Assembly: GCA_027492205.1 (NCBI GenBank)
Contig: JAOZFN010000012.1
Span: forward strand, 20,954-84,953
Direction of reading: 5' to 3'
Source of the DNA: Thermoproteota archaeon
GTDB lineage: Archaea > Korarchaeota > Korarchaeia > Korarchaeales > Korarchaeaceae
Length of the DNA: 64,000 bases
Shown piece by piece: positions 58,113 to 64,000 of the stretch (within the stretch, counting starts at the first letter, position 1; every line of letters starts with the position of its first letter). Both the position numbers and the translations under genes were made by a program. The notes below the pieces were generated by a model. That model was not told the origin of the DNA. It searched no databases and saw only the letters and a program-made list of their open reading frames with translations.

Positions 58113-59483
58113 TTGGCTGTCGCCGAGAATGTACGCGTGCCCAGGGCCGCCTCACCGTCCCGCAAGTATCTCGGCGTCTTTGCGGGAGATGCGATACTCC
58201 GAGGGGTGAAGAGGGACAGGCTGTCTCGGGCCAGGGATGCGCTCCGCAGGTTGGGACACGCCCTGAGGTCCGACGGGCATCACTCTTCGGTCCTCGATGA
58301 CTACCTCATCGCCCGCCTGCCTAGTGGCACCATCAAGGTCGTGCTCGACGAGGGTAGGGTGGACCAGAGCGTCGCGGCGCCTCTTCTCGCCTGGCTGAGG
58401 TCGACCGGAGACGGGGGAACGGCGGCGCTGATCTGCTGGGACGCGTCCCTCTCCGTCGTGAGAGAGGTCAGCAGGAGCGAAAGCTTCGTGGTCTTCATCT
58501 TGTCGAGGATGGAGAGGGTCGGCCGGGCAGAGACCATCCGCCCGCTGGAAGAAGCTCTTGAGAGGGTGGGTCTGCGCTTTGGGGAGTTCGCGACCAGGGC
58601 AGAGAATCCGGACGGCGCCCTCGAGGCCGAGTCGAGGATGATGGCGTTGGAGTCGGCTCTGGAGTCGGCGGCGAGGGACCTCGCAAGGTCAGCCTCGCTC
58701 GTGTGGCCTGAGAGGCTCGCAGAGGCGGTGGAGATGCTGCGAAGGCGTGCCAGGGAGGGTGCTCCCGAGGAGGAGCTCAACCTGGCGCTCATGGATCTGC
58801 TCGAGGCCGCAGGTTGCCTGATCGACCGCGACAGGTCCATGGGACCGGGCAGGCCGGACATCGTGACGTTGGCGCCACTCTGGACCCTGTTCGAGCTGAA
58901 GAACGAGCGTGCAGATCTGACCTCCGTGGAGCAGGCTAGGGACTATCTGGAGGAGTACGGGAGGGCGGGGAGGCTCTCCCAGTCGGGGGTCGGGGTAGAG
59001 TGGGGCGCCGCGCTCGTGGCGACGTCTGCGTCGGCCGAAGTCGTCTCTAGAGGCAGGAGAGAGGGTGTCGCTGTGATGACCTGGGACCAGGTGTGCGATC
59101 TCCTAGAGGCGGCGTTCCTCAAGGCCTTTCCCATAGGTCTGGCCAGGATCAGGCCGAGGGACCTGGCGGAGAGGGACCCGTGGGACATCATCAGGGGGCA
59201 GATCGAGAGATGGGAGGTTGAGCTGAAGCTGCGCTCGACCGTGCTGCGGATCCTGAGGGAGGCTGGAGCCCTGCCAGCCGAGGAGATCCTGTCCCTCTTG
59301 CTCGCCCGGGGCGTGGAGGTTGGCACGGTAGACGTCGAGAGCGTCCTCACGGAGCTATCCGGCCCCCTGGTGGGCCTCGTAGAGCGAGGCGAATTGGGAT
59401 ACTCTCTTCGGGCGGGCGAGGCGGTTGGGAGGGCTCACAGGGCTATTTCGGTGGTGGTGAGGGAGGTTTGGGGCGATGGCTGA
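58113..59483 (+). CDS. PD-(D/E)xK nuclease-domain protein with C-terminal wHTH
   Basis: EEELN...GRPDIV...FELKN...VEQARDY; C-terminal helix-turn-helix-wing (GLVERGELGYSL). Confidence 0.65.
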   Translation: MAVAENVRVPRAASPSRKYLGVFAGDAILRGVKRDRLSRARDALRRLGHALRSDGHHSSVLDDYLIARLPSGTIKVVLDEGRVDQSVAAPLLAWLRSTGDGGTAALICWDASLSVVREVSRSESFVVFILSRMERVGRAETIRPLEEALERVGLRFGEFATRAENPDGALEAESRMMALESALESAARDLARSASLVWPERLAEAVEMLRRRAREGAPEEELNLALMDLLEAAGCLIDRDRSMGPGRPDIVTLAPLWTLFELKNERADLTSVEQARDYLEEYGRAGRLSQSGVGVEWGAALVATSASAEVVSRGRREGVAVMTWDQVCDLLEAAFLKAFPIGLARIRPRDLAERDPWDIIRGQIERWEVELKLRSTVLRILREAGALPAEEILSLLLARGVEVGTVDVESVLTELSGPLVGLVERGELGYSLRAGEAVGRAHRAISVVVREVWGDG

Positions 59484-60210
59484 CGGTCGTGTCCGGCCCA
59501 TGCCCTCGTACAGCTACCCCGGGTTGAGGGTCCTGGAGGCCATCGCTGAAGGACTCGGGTCTTGGAGTCGGGCAAAGACCTGCAGGGAGATCTCAGAGCT
59601 CCTGGAACTTCCCAAGAGGAGAGTTCAGGCGGCCTTAGCCGGCCTAATATCTCTGGGGCTGGCTCGACGAGTTAGGAGATCGGCTGGATATCTCTACAGG
59701 GTCGAGGGAGGGGCGTCCGTCGAGGAGGCGGCCCTTTCCCACCCTGAGGTTTCCCGGGTGCTGTGGATCTCACTCACGTCCCCCTCGACCGTGCCGGAGA
59801 TCGCGAGGATGCTGTATCGTGGAGGGAGGAAGTCTACCCGTGAGAAGAGGGCGACGTACACCGTGAGGTTGGCTGAGGATCTGGGACTAGTCTCCAGGTC
59901 CTCCAGGGTGGTGAGGGTCACCGAGGAGGGTGCAGTCGCGGCAATGGCAAGGGCTCTAGAGGGGGCCTACAGGAGGGCCACGCACGTGCCCGGGGAACCC
60001 GTGACGCTCACCAGGCTGAGGGAGGAGATGGCCAGGAGGGGTCTGAGCAGGGAGGCCTTCAACGCGCTGATACTCGACGCGGTGGAGGCCATACCGGGCG
60101 CGATGCTGAGTCCCGCACCCGCATGGAGCAGGACCGTGGTGAGAGACGCGATCAGGGATGAGAGAGGGCGGCTCCTCTACTTCCTCTCGATCTGGAGGGG
60201 TGGCGGATGA
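59476..60210 (+). CDS. Multi-wHTH DNA-binding protein
   Basis: TCREISELLELPKRRVQAALAGLISLGLARR; TVPEIAR...LAEDLGLV; VTLTRLR. Confidence 0.6.
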   Translation: MADGRVRPMPSYSYPGLRVLEAIAEGLGSWSRAKTCREISELLELPKRRVQAALAGLISLGLARRVRRSAGYLYRVEGGASVEEAALSHPEVSRVLWISLTSPSTVPEIARMLYRGGRKSTREKRATYTVRLAEDLGLVSRSSRVVRVTEEGAVAAMARALEGAYRRATHVPGEPVTLTRLREEMARRGLSREAFNALILDAVEAIPGAMLSPAPAWSRTVVRDAIRDERGRLLYFLSIWRGGG

Positions 60211-61586
60211 GGGCGTCTGTGGGCTACGAGAGGTACGGCCTCAGGAAGAACCCGTTCCCCCACCACGGCTCCTTTCCGGTTGGTGACCCGGACGAAGGCA
60301 GGTACTCCTCGATCCTAGTCGGGAGGGAGGGGCTCAAGGGGGAACTGGACAGGAGGCTCGTGAGCCTGAGGGAGGGAGAGGGTTCGGCGGTGCTCCTCCT
60401 GGTGGGGAGGTACGGGATGGGGAAGACTCACGCCCTGAAGTACCTCGAGCACGCCGCGAAGAGGAGGTACGACGGCGTGATACCGGTCTACGTGAAGGGG
60501 CTCAGGTCGGCGAGCATGCTGAATCTGCTCTCGGAGGTGGTGAGGTCCCTTGACTCGCAGCTGGGCAGGGAGTTCCTCCGAGACCTTGCCAAGGCCGTGC
60601 TCAGGAGGGCGCAAACTAGGCTGGCGCGAATGCCCGACCTGAGGGCGGCTCTGCGGGGGGTTGCGTCGGGGGACACCTCTGCCCTCGCGTGGCTCCAGGG
60701 GGCCCAGCTTGGCCGGGCGGAGCTAAGGAGGCTGGGGGTGATCATGAACCTAGACGACCACTCGGCGGTGGATGTTCTCTCCGCCCTAGTCGACATCATC
60801 TGGGGCGTGCTGGGGAGGAAGCTCCTGATACTGGTGGACGAGCTGGACGAGGCGCTCTCGGCCTCCAGTAAGGATCAGGTTGCCTCCTTCTACTCCAGCA
60901 TCCGGCAGCTGATCGACAAGCTGCCGGAGGGCGCCCTTCTGGTCTTCTCAGCCAGCGAGGCTGTCTTGAGGGACGAGGAGTTTGGAATAGCGGCCTTGAG
61001 CCCGGCCCTCGAGAGCCGGCTCTGGGGGGCCTGGGACGTCCTCATGCTCGGCCCCCTGACGGGCGGCGAGATCCGGGAGATGATAAGGCGGTACCTGAAG
61101 GCGTTCAGGACGCCAGAGGCAACGGGAATGGTTGAGGACGAGTACCCATTCACCGATGGGGCCCTCTCCGCCATTGCGGAGATCTCCGGTGGAATTCCTA
61201 GGTCCGCGCTGAGGCTGGCGAGCATCTGCCTAGCCGAGGGACTGGAGAGGGGGTTCAGAAACATCGACGGAGACCTGGTAAGGGAGGTAGCCAGGCAGGA
61301 GGCTGAGAGGGTGGAGGAGGTCAGATCTGAGGTGAGGGCTGCCAGGAGGAGGGCGAAGAGGGCGAAGACCATCGAGCCCATACTGGACGAGGCCCACGCC
61401 AAGAGGAAGATACTGGAGGTCCTCTCGGGAGTGGGCAGCCTCACCCAGTCCGAGCTCAAGAGGAAAGCCAAGCTGCCCAAGCCCCTGTACGAGCGGGCAA
61501 TCGAGGCGCTGGAGCGGGAGGGGCTCGTGGAGAGGAGGAAGAGGGGCGGGGGATACAGGGTCTACCTGCTGGGTGGTGCCGCGTGA
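60207..61586 (+). CDS. AAA+ P-loop ATPase (ExeA/Cdc6/DUF2791-like) with C-terminal wHTH
   Basis: YGLRKNPF, LVGRE, Walker A GRYGMGKT, Walker B ILVDELD, ALESR, SGGIPR. Confidence 0.8.
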   Translation: MRASVGYERYGLRKNPFPHHGSFPVGDPDEGRYSSILVGREGLKGELDRRLVSLREGEGSAVLLLVGRYGMGKTHALKYLEHAAKRRYDGVIPVYVKGLRSASMLNLLSEVVRSLDSQLGREFLRDLAKAVLRRAQTRLARMPDLRAALRGVASGDTSALAWLQGAQLGRAELRRLGVIMNLDDHSAVDVLSALVDIIWGVLGRKLLILVDELDEALSASSKDQVASFYSSIRQLIDKLPEGALLVFSASEAVLRDEEFGIAALSPALESRLWGAWDVLMLGPLTGGEIREMIRRYLKAFRTPEATGMVEDEYPFTDGALSAIAEISGGIPRSALRLASICLAEGLERGFRNIDGDLVREVARQEAERVEEVRSEVRAARRRAKRAKTIEPILDEAHAKRKILEVLSGVGSLTQSELKRKAKLPKPLYERAIEALEREGLVERRKRGGGYRVYLLGGAA

Positions 61587-62605
61587 GAAAGACCGTCATA
61601 GTGGACACCCCGGGCGTAAAGCTGAGAGTGGAGGGAGAGAGGCTCGTCTTCTTCTCCTCGGGGAGGCGGGAGGAGATCCCGCTGGACCAGATCGAGTGCC
61701 TGGTGGTGTGCGAGGGGGCGTCGGTCACGACGGATCTGCTCTCCCGCGCGGCGGCCAGGGGGATAGCCGTGACCGTCACGTCGCTCAGGGGAGAGCCGCG
61801 AGCGCTGGTCTTGCCCGCCACCTACGGGGGGACCGCCAAGACGAGGAGAGAGCAGCTGAGGGCGTACGACGATCTCAGGGGAGTTGAACTCGCCAAGGCC
61901 TTCGCGAGGGCCGCCATAGAGTCCAGGGCAACGATGCTGTCGAGACTGGCGAGGAACAGGGAGGGCAGCATCAAGCTGAGGCTGATGGACACCGCGGCGA
62001 GGGTGAGGGGGTCCCTGAGGGAGCTGTCCGGCATCTCCGGCCGCCTGGACGACGTCAGGTCGAGGATCATGGGGGTCGAGGGCAGGGCCGCCGAGGAGTA
62101 CTTCCGGGCCCTGAGCCTAGTCGTCCCAGCCGAGTACGGGTTCAGGGGGGTTAGGACGAGGAGGCCGCCCAGAGACCCGCTCAACGCCGCCGTCAGCTTC
62201 GCCAACTCCATGGTGTACTCGGAGGCCTTCAGGGCGTCGGTCATGGCCGGCCTGGATCCCTTCTCCGGCTACCTCCACGCGGACAGGTCCGGCAGGACAA
62301 GCGTCTCCCTGGATCTGGCGGAGGAGTTCATCGTCTACGCGTCTCACAGATCCGTGATGCCGCTGTTCACCAAGAGGGTGCTGGACCCAGAGGGCGACTT
62401 CACGAGAAGGGGTGAGGGCGTCTACCTGAGGGGCAGGGGGAGGAGGCTCGTTGTGGAGAGGGTCTTGGAGGCGATGGAGTCTCGGGTGGAGTACAGGGGG
62501 GAGAGCTGGAGGCTGAGGGACGTCATCCTAGGACAGGCCCGGGCCATTGCCGCCTTCGTGAGGGGGGACTCCCAGGCGTACGAGCCCTGGAGGTGGAGGG
62601 GGTGA
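61583..62605 (+). CDS. cas1: CRISPR-associated endonuclease Cas1
   Basis: MGVEGRAAEEYF, RRPPRDPLNA, GLDPFSGYLH, LDLAEEF. Confidence 0.95.
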   Translation: MRKTVIVDTPGVKLRVEGERLVFFSSGRREEIPLDQIECLVVCEGASVTTDLLSRAAARGIAVTVTSLRGEPRALVLPATYGGTAKTRREQLRAYDDLRGVELAKAFARAAIESRATMLSRLARNREGSIKLRLMDTAARVRGSLRELSGISGRLDDVRSRIMGVEGRAAEEYFRALSLVVPAEYGFRGVRTRRPPRDPLNAAVSFANSMVYSEAFRASVMAGLDPFSGYLHADRSGRTSVSLDLAEEFIVYASHRSVMPLFTKRVLDPEGDFTRRGEGVYLRGRGRRLVVERVLEAMESRVEYRGESWRLRDVILGQARAIAAFVRGDSQAYEPWRWRG

Positions 62606-62615
62606 GTGGTCGGGC

Positions 62616-62912
62616 TTGATGACGCTCGTGGTGTACGACATAAGCGACGACAGAGTTAGAAGGGCCGTGGAGAGGAGATGCAAGGACTACGGGCTCAGGC
62701 ACATCCAGAGGAGCGCGTTCGCCGGGATCCTGCCGAAGAGCCAGAGACTCTCGCTGTTCTACGAGCTCTCTGAGATAATGAGGGGGAGGGAGGGAGCGGT
62801 CAGGATCTACGTGATGGACAGGCGGCTCTACGGGATGACCATGAGAATAGGCAGGGTCGAGGGGTTCGACCCGGACCCGGACTACGGGGGGCCAGGGTAC
62901 GTTGTGGTGTGA
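62616..62912 (+). CDS. cas2: CRISPR-associated Cas2
   Basis: LVVYDISDDR, YGLRHIQRSAF. Confidence 0.95.
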   Translation: MMTLVVYDISDDRVRRAVERRCKDYGLRHIQRSAFAGILPKSQRLSLFYELSEIMRGREGAVRIYVMDRRLYGMTMRIGRVEGFDPDPDYGGPGYVVV

Positions 62913-62964
62913 GCGGTGACGTCCATGAGGGCCACAGAGGTGCGTCCAAGCCCCGCGGATACGC

Positions 62965-63567
62965 GTGATGCGTCAGCCTCCTCACCGGCTCAACCAGCGA
63001 CGGCGAGGTGACGGAGACACGATAGCGGTGTCAGAGATCAGGCAGTACCTCTACTGCCCGCGAATCGTCTACTGGAGGCGCGTCCTCAAGATGGGTGGTG
63101 TGGAGACCCCTCTCATGAGGAAGGGAAGGGAGAGACAGGCCAGGGCGATAAGAGACTCCCTCCAGCTGGTCCCGCTTAGGGGGTGCAGGGTTGAGAGGGA
63201 CGTAGACCTCCACTCGGGGAGGCTGGGGCTGAGGGGGAGGCTCGATGGGCTCCTCATCTGCGGGGACAGGGCGTACCCGCTCGAGGTGAAGTTCGCTACG
63301 CCAGCGAGGTCTCACAGGGTTCAGCTGGCCGCATACGGAATGCTCGTGGAGGAGAACTTCGGAGTGAGGGTCGACGAGGGATACCTCTACTATCCGGGAG
63401 GCGCTGGGCTGGTCAGGGTGGAGGGACTGGGGAGGATGAGGGGAGAGGTCCTGAGGATCATAAAGGATCTCAAGGGAATTATCAAGGGAGAGTATCTCCC
63501 ACCGCCGACGAGGAACAGGTCTAAGTGCCGGGTGTGCGAGCACTTCTCTGTGTGCAGAGGGGTGTAG
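62965..63567 (+). CDS. cas4: CRISPR-associated exonuclease Cas4
   Basis: YCPR, GRLD, EVK, QLAAY, CRVC...C. Confidence 0.93.
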   Translation: MMRQPPHRLNQRRRGDGDTIAVSEIRQYLYCPRIVYWRRVLKMGGVETPLMRKGRERQARAIRDSLQLVPLRGCRVERDVDLHSGRLGLRGRLDGLLICGDRAYPLEVKFATPARSHRVQLAAYGMLVEENFGVRVDEGYLYYPGGAGLVRVEGLGRMRGEVLRIIKDLKGIIKGEYLPPPTRNRSKCRVCEHFSVCRGV

Positions 63568-63577
63568 TTCGCGCGAT

Positions 63578-64000
63578 CTTTCAATCTCTGCCCTTGGAGG
63601 GCTCTGATTGCTTCGGTCAGGAGGGCCCTGAAGAGGGTGAGGCTCAGGGCCAGGGTCGACTTTCAATCTCTGCCCTTGGAGGGCTCTGATTGCTTCGAGC
63701 GGCCGACACGCCGCTCTCGCCCCAGTTTTTTACCTCGCTTTCAATCTCTGCCCTTGGAGGGCTCTGATTGCTTCCGTGTCCTGCCGACGAGGCAGGCGGA
63801 TGTCTACGCCAGGGTGATCGCTTTCAATCTCTGCCCTTGGAGGGCTCTGATTGCTTCACACCGCATAAGGTTCCTTAACATTCTCTCTGAGCCGATCTTT
63901 CAATCTCTGCCCTTGGAGGGCTCTGATTGCTTCGGTTCAATCACCTCCCGCGCTCCTCCTGGGCGGCGGGTGGTAGTAGCTTTCAATCTCTGCCCTTGGA
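63578..64000 (-). CRISPR. CRISPR array 2 (same repeat; 5 full repeats + 1 partial; continues beyond window)
   Basis: Repeats at 63578, 63660, 63738, 63821, 63897, 63980. Confidence 0.97.

Noticed and set aside
60207-61586. ATPase as TnsC of a CRISPR-associated transposon, or cas1 as a casposase
   Set aside because: No DDE transposase, TniQ, PolB or terminal inverted repeats were seen; cas1 is in a normal cas1-cas2-cas4 context.
50588-64000. Self-targeting spacers within the window
   Set aside because: None noticed by eye; an exhaustive alignment was not possible.

Overview
High-GC archaeal chromosomal window (egsA, ABCE1, iorAB, acdA, DUF1512, intron-containing tRNA-Tyr; probably a thermophilic TACK-like lineage, which is inference). 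About 1-28.5 kb is mostly housekeeping and includes a KaiC-like/V4R/DUF835 signalling cluster, an atypical HisD and an RNase HIII-like gene. After tRNA-Asp (28.5 kb) an accessory region carries transporters, a large secreted glycoside-hydrolase-like protein, a glycerol-3-phosphate-dehydrogenase-like operon, decayed toxin-antitoxin genes and several frameshifted genes. Two loci stand out. (1) A candidate archaeal RiPP cluster at 40.3-45.4 kb: two paralogous 38/39-aa Cys-rich precursor peptides (CxxCCLxxGGGTLI) not properly called in the ORF track, each with the same 20-bp upstream box, followed by a PqqD/RRE-radical SAM-SPASM maturase (single-base frameshift), an ABC exporter and two regulators including an EarA-like protein. 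(2) A CRISPR locus at 50.4-64 kb: two arrays with the same 37-nt repeat, cas6, and a cas1-cas2-cas4 operon translationally coupled behind three non-cas genes (PD-(D/E)xK nuclease, wHTH protein, AAA+ ATPase), with no effector genes in the window. All calls come from reading motifs by eye; no database searches were run.
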